64,000 bases of DNA from a phage, in sequence record NC_135731.1; one strand, given 5' to 3'. Shown here in pieces: positions 56,996 through 64,000 of the stretch. Every line of letters starts with the position of its first letter. Position 1 is the stretch's first letter. The translations under genes and the position numbers were made by a program. Below the pieces are notes generated by a model. It was not told where the DNA came from, ran no database searches, and worked only from the letters and a program-made list of their open reading frames with translations.

Positions 56996-57346
56996 TTATT
57001 TTGCATTCTTGCCTGTATTGCCGCCACGGTACCAGCGTTTGCGGTGAAAATGGTAATAATCACCCTCGGCATTAAACATCAGATGATTTTCAATAACCAG
57101 CTTACGAAGGTGGGCCGGATCTTGTTCCATTCTTGCCAGATTCCGGCGGCTGTTACGTAAACGGATAAATTCCATATTCAGGCCGTTGATTGCAGCATGG
57201 ATGTTAAAGTAACCACCTTTGAGACGTTCACGCATGGTGTTAAGCTCAACACAATATACAGATTTCTCACAAATCAAGGTATTAGCTAGGGCGCGGACCT
57301 GGGCAAGGTGGTTAAGCTCATTAAGGTAATATAATTTAACTTTCAT
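56996..57346 (-). CDS. hypothetical basic protein
   Basis: 116 aa. Confidence 0.4.
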   Translation of the reverse strand: MKVKLYYLNELNHLAQVRALANTLICEKSVYCVELNTMRERLKGGYFNIHAAINGLNMEFIRLRNSRRNLARMEQDPAHLRKLVIENHLMFNAEGDYYHFHRKRWYRGGNTGKNAK

Positions 57347-57363
57347 AAAATCACCTGTTGAAA

Positions 57364-57672
57364 TTAGTTTGAGAAAACATCGTTCACAATAGCGATCACA
57401 ATGCCGCCCACCTTGTCACGGTCAACAATGCACAAATCACCATAGATCATGTGGTAGTCTGGATGATCTTTCACAGAATAGTCAATAAGTGTTTTCTTGT
57501 CATCCAGCTTCGTAACTTCCATTCTCATAACGATATGAGAATCATCAAAGGCATTATTCCGAAAAGTCATAGCCTGACCGCCAGGGCACCCAGTGATCTC
57601 CACTTCCACACCATCTACGATCTGACCATCAAAGAAATAAAGATTATTAGCCTGGATAAACATGTCTATCAC
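57364..57672 (-). CDS. hypothetical protein
   Basis: 102 aa; AAGGAG RBS; preceded by the 45-bp palindromic element. Confidence 0.4.
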   Translation of the reverse strand: MIDMFIQANNLYFFDGQIVDGVEVEITGCPGGQAMTFRNNAFDDSHIVMRMEVTKLDDKKTLIDYSVKDHPDYHMIYGDLCIVDRDKVGGIVIAIVNDVFSN

Positions 57673-57709
57673 TCCTTGTTAACTGCGTGGTATTTTAACA
57701 GGGTTTAAA

Positions 57710-57759
57710 TTTACTTTATTGATGGCCCTGGAGTCAAGGCCATCTAAAAATAAATTTTA
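57710..57759. repeat. conserved palindromic intergenic element, copy 1
   Basis: TTTACTTTATTGATGGCCCTGGAGTCAAGGCCATCTAAAAATAAATTTTA; stem GATGGCC/GGCCATC; minus sense contains TTGACT. Confidence 0.7.
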
Positions 57760-57764
57760 CAGGC

Positions 57765-57947
57765 CTACAATCTCTTTGATTCGTTTAACCGCTGCTGGGG
57801 GTAAAAATTATGGTAACCAATCACGCGAGTGATACTAATCGCCGTTTGATGATCTTCATAGTCGCCCTTGAAGATTTCTTGACCGTCAAGCAGCACGGCA
57901 ATTTTTTCTTCTTTTTTGAAGTTAATAACGCGGATATTGTTGCTCAT
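57765..57947 (-). CDS. hypothetical protein
   Basis: 60 aa. Confidence 0.3.
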   Translation of the reverse strand: MSNNIRVINFKKEEKIAVLLDGQEIFKGDYEDHQTAISITRVIGYHNFYPQQRLNESKRL

Positions 57948-58429
57948 TTTGTTTCTCCTTTCTGGTTTTTGTGGTGGTGGGGATTAGCTCCACCGTTGAT
58001 TGTTATTATCCACATTCCGGACCGGATTGCAACACCCCGGAAGAAAAAATTTTTTTTTAAAAGATAGGCCCCCATGATCGGGGGCCGTTATCAGTTACTT
58101 ACAGCGATAAAATACATCCCTACGCCTAACAATATTTCAAGGGCGATGATCTCAAGCCATACCATAGCACGGCGCGCCTTATCGGTGCGGGGCTTATCCT
58201 TGGTTGTCATCGTCTCCCTCTTCCCTCCTGTTAGCAGTTACGTGGTTTGCAATGGCCCCCAGGAGTATTATCACCACGCACATTGCAAGAAAAATTATCT
58301 CTGTCGTTGTTCGATCCATTGTTATAAAATTCCTCAAGATCAGGCCTGAAAATAAAGCGTTCGTTATTGAATCCGTCACGCCAGGCGGCTGGCTTCAAAT
58401 CTTCACTAAAGGGATTAATTAACGTGGCA

Positions 58430-58801
58430 TTATTTAAACGGTTGGCCCACATATTTTCTATTCCTCTCAAATAGGCGATCCGCCTCAGTTAAACATATCT
58501 CATGGGCTTGATCTCTGGTTTTAGCCTCATCAAAAACCTGTTGTGCCAGGCTGCAGCGTAGGGAGACTGGAAGATCACTATAATAGGCGTTGACAAACGT
58601 TTGAGCGTCGTACAGGTCTGAAAATACTTTACCCTTTCTATTATTCCCCTTGTCAACAATTGCAAGGATAACCAATACAGTAGTTGCGACTACCCCCAGG
58701 AAAATAGATATAATAAACCATAAAAAGGCGGATCTTCCCATCTTGCCAGCGATCCAGGCGTTAAACAAGGCAACCAATACAGCCAAAATAATAAATTCCA
58801 T
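58430..58801 (-). CDS. small membrane protein (two TM helices)
   Basis: Track ORF 58430..58834; start re-set to MEFIILAVLVALFNAWIAG with AGAGG RBS; second TM FLWFIISIFLGVVATTVLVILAIV. Confidence 0.45.
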   Translation of the reverse strand: MEFIILAVLVALFNAWIAGKMGRSAFLWFIISIFLGVVATTVLVILAIVDKGNNRKGKVFSDLYDAQTFVNAYYSDLPVSLRCSLAQQVFDEAKTRDQAHEICLTEADRLFERNRKYVGQPFK

Positions 58802-58865
58802 TCTATGTACCTCTTTTACAGTTCTGATTAACAATAAGGCGGCAAATATGCCGCCTGTTACCTGA

Positions 58866-59246
58866 TTAAAAATTATCGCCGTAAATCTTTCCGCTTTCTA
58901 CCCATACCACCACGCGAGGCATACTATCCCACACGTCTTGTTTTAGATTGAGCGCGTGCAATTCTTCGGTGGTGCTCATACCGGGCACGGGCTGATTGTA
59001 TACTGCAAAACGACCGCCTGCATAATCATAGGCCAGGGTTAAATCACACTGGATCATCTTTTTGATCATGGCATTAAGCATGGCGTTAGCCGCATATTGA
59101 TCACGTTTTAAAGGCAACTCTTTGATTAGTTTGCGATAGTTTTCGATATGGTCGCACACTGTTTCACGTGGAAGATCTTTCATATCCTCGCGAAAGGTAA
59201 CCAGGTTAAACATAACGGTGTCAATAGCTTTAGTAGTGTTTTTCAT
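58866..59246 (-). CDS. hypothetical protein
   Basis: 126 aa; promoter, 5' hairpin and AGAGG RBS upstream. Confidence 0.45.
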   Translation of the reverse strand: MKNTTKAIDTVMFNLVTFREDMKDLPRETVCDHIENYRKLIKELPLKRDQYAANAMLNAMIKKMIQCDLTLAYDYAGGRFAVYNQPVPGMSTTEELHALNLKQDVWDSMPRVVVWVESGKIYGDNF

Positions 59247-59299
59247 AATGTTTACCTCTTTGTTTTGTGTGGGGGCAAACGTCTTGCCCCTTGAGTTTT

Positions 59300-59327
59300 A
59301 ATATAGCAGGTTTTTAGATTATTGCAA
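59300..59327 (-). promoter_or_regulatory. sigma70-like promoter (minus strand)
   Basis: Minus sense TTGCAA - 16 nt - TATATT, then GGGGCAAGACGTTTGCCCC hairpin at predicted 5' end. Confidence 0.5.
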
Positions 59328-59335
59328 CACTTTAT

Positions 59336-59959
59336 TTATGAAAAACTCATCTCTCCATATTCATCCACATCAAACCGCCAATCATTGGCCTCAATAAGGC
59401 CGATCAGGTTTTCGGTAGAGAACTGTTCTAGATAGGCCTCCTCCAGGTCTACGTAAACCTTGCGGGATAGCTCCCGTACCGTCTCGGTGATCAGCTCTTC
59501 CAGATCTTCCACTTTATTTTCTTGTTTGGCGGTCAGGTATAGCCATGTAGTATCGATGTACCCGCTTACAGTGTTTTCGTGACTATAGCGGCTATATGGA
59601 TCACGCTCAACGCTTGCGGATAGTTCGCCATCGTGCATTGTGCCGAACAAGTGACGAATTGATCGGAACTTGGTCAGGGCCTTTACTTTACGCAAGAATT
59701 TTTCTAAATCCACGTTTTCCGCACTGATTGACGCGCCGTCACCCTGGCACCAAAAGCCTGACCAATGTACTTCGGTATCTTCAAGGCCATACTCTGGAAA
59801 AACATATTCTTTATAGTATTCAATTACACTTTCTGCAAAAAAGTTATCCCCGCTGTGTTCTTCTCTTTCGCGTACCATTTCAATGGCTTTTTCTTTTTGT
59901 TCGTCGGTCAGCACGTCGAAAGATAAATTGTAACCTGTGGTAATGTTAACGGTGGTCAT
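59336..59959 (-). CDS. hypothetical acidic protein
   Basis: 207 aa, largest gene of this block, very acidic; no motif recognised. Confidence 0.45.
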   Translation of the reverse strand: MTTVNITTGYNLSFDVLTDEQKEKAIEMVREREEHSGDNFFAESVIEYYKEYVFPEYGLEDTEVHWSGFWCQGDGASISAENVDLEKFLRKVKALTKFRSIRHLFGTMHDGELSASVERDPYSRYSHENTVSGYIDTTWLYLTAKQENKVEDLEELITETVRELSRKVYVDLEEAYLEQFSTENLIGLIEANDWRFDVDEYGEMSFS

Positions 59960-60016
59960 GATATTTTCTCCTGTTTTCTTTGTTAGTGGCGGGAAGTTTT
60001 CCCGCCTATGTTTTTA

Positions 60017-60044
60017 ATTATACTTATTGAGATTTACTTGTCAA
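60017..60044 (-). promoter_or_regulatory. sigma70 consensus promoter (minus strand)
   Basis: Minus sense TTGACA - 16 nt - TATAAT, then AGGCGGGAAAACTTCCCGCC hairpin and AGGAG RBS. Confidence 0.6.
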
Positions 60045-60046
60045 CA

Positions 60047-60295
60047 CTATTTTTTTAAATTATTGTGGCGCAAAATGTTTAAAATCTCCTCAACGTCATC
60101 AACACGGCGGCAATTTTTAAACGCTACCAATTGCCCCATGATTTTAATCACTGGGCGGCCTTGCCAGTGCCCCTGAAGAAAGCGCGCCTTGACTTTATCG
60201 GTGGAACTATCGCGCCACCAAATAGCCTTGTTGTTGCAGCAGTAAAAATTATTCAGGATAACATCAACTTTATCAAAATTTTTTAATTTACGCAT
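60047..60295 (-). CDS. hypothetical protein
   Basis: 82 aa. Confidence 0.4.
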   Translation of the reverse strand: MRKLKNFDKVDVILNNFYCCNNKAIWWRDSSTDKVKARFLQGHWQGRPVIKIMGQLVAFKNCRRVDDVEEILNILRHNNLKK

Positions 60296-60327
60296 GGCGT
60301 TTACTCCTTTCTCTCTTTGATGTGGTT

Positions 60328-60355
60328 AGTATAGCTAACCTGTTGACGATGTCAA
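60328..60355 (-). promoter_or_regulatory. sigma70-like promoter (minus strand) with palindrome over the -10
   Basis: Minus sense TTGACA - 16 nt - TATACT; palindrome GGTTAGCTATACTAACC spans the -10. Confidence 0.55.
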
Positions 60356-60479
60356 TGATATTTTTAACGCCATAAAACGGCCCTGGGCGATGTTTTCAGG
60401 TTAAAGGGGGGCGATTGCATAGGTGGGGGCCTTTTTGGCACTTATAGGGCCAACCAGGGGCGCTATTCGTAGGATAGAA

Positions 60480-60512
60480 ATAAAAAGCCCCGCCATTGTG
60501 CGGGGCGTTGGT
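60480..60512 (-). terminator. rho-independent terminator (minus strand)
   Basis: Minus-sense hairpin GCCCCGCACAATGGCGGGGC followed by TTTTTATTTC, downstream of 60515..60712. Confidence 0.55.
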
Positions 60513-60514
60513 TG

Positions 60515-60712
60515 TTATTTGTCTTTATGGCGGTATCGTTCCGCCTGTCGTTCACGTTCCAAAAGCAGGCCCGGTAATTTGCGATCATAGTGATTCCTCC
60601 AGATCTTCCCGAACCTTTTCGGCTTATTCAGTTTATTGTTACGCTGGCGGCGTTCCGGCAGCTCTTCGGAATCGTGGGGGCGCTTTACAATTTTTTCGAA
60701 ATTAATTTTCAT
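60515..60712 (-). CDS. small basic protein
   Basis: 65 aa, Arg/Lys-rich. Confidence 0.35.
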   Translation of the reverse strand: MKINFEKIVKRPHDSEELPERRQRNNKLNKPKRFGKIWRNHYDRKLPGLLLERERQAERYRHKDK

Positions 60713-61056
60713 AAATTTCCCCCTTTACTGATTTCAATATTTGCCTGAATCGCCCGGATACGCCGTTTTATAACCTCCTGATCCTTGCAATCATATCCCC
60801 AAAAGTCTACGATCTTTGCGCCTCCGGCCTTTAGGCGGTATAGTGTTTCTTGCATCTTGTAAGCTGGGATCGGTCGCGGTGTTACCTGGTCGCCTCTCTC
60901 ATCTTTGTACTTGATTATGCAGTCTTCGTTGTCGTTGAATACCCAAAATGGGTATTCTGTGAGCGCGTTGCTATCTTTTTCGTTTTTAGATTGGATCTTG
61001 TTTACAATTAAAGCCGTAGCAATAGCGCCAATAATAAAACTAGCCCCGCTGATCAT
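60709..61056 (-). CDS. hypothetical protein with N-terminal TM segment
   Basis: 115 aa; N-terminal FIIGAIATALIV. Confidence 0.4.
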   Translation of the reverse strand: MISGASFIIGAIATALIVNKIQSKNEKDSNALTEYPFWVFNDNEDCIIKYKDERGDQVTPRPIPAYKMQETLYRLKAGGAKIVDFWGYDCKDQEVIKRRIRAIQANIEISKGGNL

Positions 61057-61129
61057 GTACTTTCTCCTTTCATGGTGTTAATAAATTATCTTTATAGACG
61101 GCCCTGCAGCCAGGACCACCGAAAAATAA

Positions 61130-61375
61130 CTATTTCACAATGCCTACAAAACAGATCCCGCCTTCACCTATATAAGCAATGTCGGTAATTTTATAATTTG
61201 TTAAGATCCGCGTATTCAGCTCGTTAATAAAATCGGTCATCGCGTTGGTGTAGTTGTCTTCCATGTCCAGGGAATAATCCCAGGTGTAAACCTTTTTACG
61301 TCCGAAGCCTTTTACCATGATCCGGGCGCTTTTGGTGTTGGTGGGCGCATAATATTTTGTGATTAGTGCTGCCAT
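61130..61375 (-). CDS. hypothetical protein
   Basis: 81 aa. Confidence 0.4.
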   Translation of the reverse strand: MAALITKYYAPTNTKSARIMVKGFGRKKVYTWDYSLDMEDNYTNAMTDFINELNTRILTNYKITDIAYIGEGGICFVGIVK

Positions 61376-61415
61376 GGTTTTAACTCCTCATTAGTTCAGT
61401 GTTAACAGTGTAAAG

Positions 61416-61465
61416 TTTACTTTATTGATGGCCATGGAGTCAAGGCCATCTGAAAATAAATTTTA
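61416..61465. repeat. conserved palindromic intergenic element, copy 2
   Basis: TTTACTTTATTGATGGCCATGGAGTCAAGGCCATCTGAAAATAAATTTTA. Confidence 0.7.
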
Positions 61466-61804
61466 CTCGTTTTCTTCCAGCTCTGAAAGCTCTTCTTTCA
61501 CTTCTTCCAGCTCTGTCTGCAATTCCTGGTATTCTTCATCGTCCTCAATATCCAGGCTGTCGATGTAGTCGCTAAATCCGCAGCGGTAAGCGATAGGATC
61601 TAACTCCTTGAGGATACGCGACGGAAGAAAAGAAATGTTTCCGATCATAATTTCGCCGTAGATCTCGTCTAACCATTCATCATAGTTTTCGTCGTACTTG
61701 TCCTCGTCGATTTCAAAGTTATCGATCTTGTTCTCAAGGTCTGCGATCTGTTTTTTCAGCGCGGCGATCTGCATAGCTTTTTCTGCGGCGGTCATAGTAG
61801 TCAT
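61463..61804 (-). CDS. hypothetical acidic coiled-coil protein
   Basis: 113 aa, E/D-rich heptad-like sequence. Confidence 0.4.
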   Translation of the reverse strand: MTTMTAAEKAMQIAALKKQIADLENKIDNFEIDEDKYDENYDEWLDEIYGEIMIGNISFLPSRILKELDPIAYRCGFSDYIDSLDIEDDEEYQELQTELEEVKEELSELEENE

Positions 61805-61855
61805 GGTGTTTTCTCCTTTTGTGTGTTCTGGGAAGTTTTCCCGTTTACGTGTTTA

Positions 61856-61883
61856 AGTATACCGATTTGGGTTAGCTTGTCAA
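61856..61883 (-). promoter_or_regulatory. sigma70-like promoter (minus strand)
   Basis: Minus sense TTGACA - 16 nt - TATACT, followed by GGGAAAACTTCCC hairpin. Confidence 0.55.
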
Positions 61884-62037
61884 TTAAAAATTTAAGAAAA
61901 ATTTTGCAAAACTGTTGGCGCTACTCATTAACATTTGCGCCAGGATGTAACCGACAATGCAAACGATAATAGTTACCTTTGTGTATTGGCGTGCAGTGCT
62001 CATCTTAAAGCCCCCTTTTTCGCTTAGTTGAGACTAG

Positions 62038-62085
62038 TTTACTTTATTGATGGCCCTGGAGTCAAGGCCATCTGAAAATAAACTT
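62038..62085. repeat. conserved palindromic intergenic element, copy 3
   Basis: TTTACTTTATTGATGGCCCTGGAGTCAAGGCCATCTGAAAATAAACTTA. Confidence 0.7.
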
Positions 62086-62488
62086 AATAAGTTTTCAGTA
62101 CTTTCCCGTCCAACCTGTCAAGCTGGATCTCGATAGCTGTAGAAAACCTATTGTACACCACGTCGCCCATAGAATCCAACCAGTCTATGACATTATACAC
62201 TTGCTCTTTGTTCTTGCAGGTCCGGATCCGTTTCATGATGTAAGCCGGATCAATATTGGTACTCTCGTTGGTGTTCCCCTGTACCTGGTTTGCCGTATTA
62301 GTTACATCTTTAATGGCCTTTACCACCACCTGGAATGGCTTTAAGGTGCCTTTTGCGTTCATCTCACGCGCTTTTGCGGCGCGGTTGTTATATGTTACAC
62401 AACGGCGGCAAATGTTGATCAAATGCATGTCAATAATTTTTTCATCGTTTGCCAGTTCGTTCATGATGCGGCGTACGTTCTTATTCAT
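62084..62488 (-). CDS. hypothetical protein
   Basis: 134 aa; promoter, 5' hairpin, RBS upstream. Confidence 0.45.
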   Translation of the reverse strand: MNKNVRRIMNELANDEKIIDMHLINICRRCVTYNNRAAKAREMNAKGTLKPFQVVVKAIKDVTNTANQVQGNTNESTNIDPAYIMKRIRTCKNKEQVYNVIDWLDSMGDVVYNRFSTAIEIQLDRLDGKVLKTY

Positions 62489-62536
62489 GATCTTTTTCCT
62501 TCGTGTTGGCGGGAAACATTCCCGCCTTTTGTGTAT

Positions 62537-62564
62537 AGTTTACTTAAATTTTGCAGCGTGTCAA
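62537..62564 (-). promoter_or_regulatory. sigma70-like promoter (minus strand)
   Basis: Minus sense TTGACA - 16 nt - TAAACT, followed by GGCGGGAATGTTTCCCGCC hairpin. Confidence 0.5.
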
Positions 62565-62570
62565 CAATTT

Positions 62571-62969
62571 TTATTCGTGGGCGCATGTTACAATGTGCTT
62601 TTTATAGCCCAGGCGGTCAGCAAGTGCCGACAAAAACTCTTCTTCATAGATCCAGCCGTTGGCAGTGATCCCCATAGCATTTAATGCGCTCTCAAGTGCT
62701 GCGTTAGCTTTATCATAACCGTGACCGCTCGCCTTCCCGCCAGTATAGCCGTACTTATTGTTCTTGTTGTCGTGTATCCAAAAAACGCAGTAGTGAGTGT
62801 TCCCGCTGGCGGCGGCATAATACCGGATCTCAGCTACTTCGTGCAAATTATTGTCATCGTCCAGGCCCACCAGATTATAAGCCTTATAAAATCCACGATC
62901 ACGGCGGCAGTTCTTGACATCAGAAAAAGAAAAGTCCGCATTATCAAAATTAAAGGTGGTGGTTTTCAT
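62571..62969 (-). CDS. hypothetical protein
   Basis: 132 aa, Gly/Tyr-rich. Confidence 0.4.
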   Translation of the reverse strand: MKTTTFNFDNADFSFSDVKNCRRDRGFYKAYNLVGLDDDNNLHEVAEIRYYAAASGNTHYCVFWIHDNKNNKYGYTGGKASGHGYDKANAALESALNAMGITANGWIYEEEFLSALADRLGYKKHIVTCAHE

Positions 62970-63033
62970 GATTTTATCCTCTTGGTGTCTTTTGTGCTTT
63001 TAGTGTATTTGGTGTCGTACTATATGTCAATAC

Positions 63034-63231
63034 TTATTTTTTATTAAACCAGTGGTTGATCTGGCCTTTTGTCAGGGCGCAACGATTAAGCTGTTGCCGG
63101 GTATAGCTCTGACCACGACGGAATTTATAAAGGCCTTGCCCGTTGTTGATGGTTACATCCACCCGGCAAATCACTTGATCCGTGACCACCTGGCGAGTGT
63201 TGCGACGTACTTTGATTCCGTAGGCGTTCAT
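63034..63231 (-). CDS. hypothetical protein
   Basis: 65 aa, AGAGG RBS. Confidence 0.35.
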   Translation of the reverse strand: MNAYGIKVRRNTRQVVTDQVICRVDVTINNGQGLYKFRRGQSYTRQQLNRCALTKGQINHWFNKK

Positions 63232-63469
63232 GATTTTTTATCCTCTTTGTTAATTAGTGCGGTGTTGTTCACCTTGCGATAATAAGAATAACAAGAACTG
63301 CCCGAGCTGTCAACCATTATGTAAAATTATTTTTTGGGTAGAATTCTCCAGCCGCCACCCCCTGCCAGGTTTGCAAGCTTTCACTCTCCCACCTGGTCAG
63401 TTAGGTCCTGCTAGGGCTGGCCCCGCCAGGTTGCAGCGGTTGACGCACTATGTTAGAAAAATTTTTTGA

Positions 63470-63730
63470 AAAGTGTTGACAACGGCCCCACCAGGTGGCA
63501 CAATATACATATCGAAAGGACGGCAGGCACCGGTGACGGGGGAGACAACCACCGGGGATGGGCGCTGCATAAAATGAGAACGGTTATCATTATCATTTAA
63601 AAATTTATGCAAAAAGTCCTTGCTTTCTTTGTCCTGTGTGATACTATAATAACAAGCCGGGGCAGTAGGGGCCGGGAGACAATCACCGGGCCTGCCCGTT
63701 ATTCTGCAAACGAGAATGATTATCATTCAA
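63470..63730 (+). repeat. two tandem promoter-plus-structured-GC units (possible small RNA genes)
   Basis: Unit 1: TTGACA...CACAAT then GGCAGGCACCGGTGACGGGGGAGACAACCACCGGGG...GAGAACGGTTATCATTATCATT; unit 2: TTGCTT...TATAAT then GGGGCAGTAGGGGCCGGGAGACAATCACCGGGCC...GAGAATGATTATCATT. Confidence 0.4.
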
Positions 63731-63829
63731 AATTCTAAATGAGAACTCCTCGCATTTAATAAATTTAATTAGCATGCTAATTACCCTCCGTAACAATTTC
63801 CTATAAAACAGTATCCCATAAAATATTCC

Positions 63830-64000
63830 CATATAGAAATTTTAAAAATCCATTTCTGAAAACGAAAAATCGATTTCGTCCCCAAAAATTTTAGGTCGAG
63901 AGCCGGAACGATTTCCAGAAAATCCGATTCAGAAAACGAAAAACAAATCGAGTACTGAGAAATTTATCGAGAAAAATTTTCAGAAAATTCAATCTTTGAA
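63830..64000. repeat. AT-rich tandem direct repeats at window end
   Basis: Recurring TTTCTGAAAACGAAAAATCGATTT / TTCAGAAAACGAAAAACAAATCGAG / TTTTCAGAAAATTCAA units. Confidence 0.5.

Noticed and set aside
57710-57759. Palindromic 45-bp element as a rho-independent terminator
   Set aside because: The hairpin is followed by A-rich, not U-rich, sequence in either orientation relative to the flanking minus-strand genes.
62508-62532. Plus-strand hairpin GGCGGGAAACATTCCCGCC plus TTTT as a terminator
   Set aside because: There is no plus-strand gene upstream; in minus sense it sits between a consensus promoter and the RBS of 62084..62488, so it is read as a 5'-leader hairpin.
1-64000. Prophage or integrated-element interpretation (integrase, att sites, host flanks)
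   Set aside because: No integrase or recombinase, no host housekeeping genes, and phage-type genes are continuous across the window; it reads as a virulent phage genome segment.

Overview
This window reads as a contiguous segment of a large virulent tailed-phage (Caudoviricetes) genome; I see no integrase, transposase, rRNA or CRISPR array. Layout: (1) 1-6600, minus strand: head-morphogenesis/packaging block (partial gene, protease-like, portal, large terminase split into three exons by two intron-like insertions carrying homing endonucleases, spanin pair); (2) 7017-7830, minus strand: tRNA cluster (six tRNAs plus one atypical tRNA-like element); (3) 7900-11750, minus strand: small genes, two GC-rich ORF-free segments, four tandem palindromic iterons, and a phosphoesterase plus P-loop kinase pair; (4) 11836-38990, plus strand: RNA ligase, Sir2-like protein, DNA ligase, lambda-R-like endolysin, flap endonuclease, RuvC-like and EndoVII-like nucleases, 3'-5' exonuclease, two adenine methyltransferases, dNMP kinase-like, HAD nucleotidase, ThyX, NrdA/NrdB/glutaredoxin, intron-split NrdD with NrdG, PhoH, ClpP-like protease; (5) 38984-50720, plus strand: about 35 small genes including a large paralogous family, a duplicated three-gene cassette and a ribosome hibernation factor (HPF/YfiA) homolog; (6) 50720-53230: repeat-rich non-coding region; (7) 53229-63231, minus strand: about 25 small genes, many with their own consensus sigma70-like promoter and a GC hairpin at the predicted mRNA 5' end; (8) 63250-64000: repeat-rich non-coding end. 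All functions are inferred from motifs read by eye; no database search was run. CDS coordinates follow the supplied ORF track, which also uses GTG/TTG starts; coordinates I derived by hand (tRNAs, promoters, repeats, terminators, re-set starts) are approximate to about +/-2 nt.
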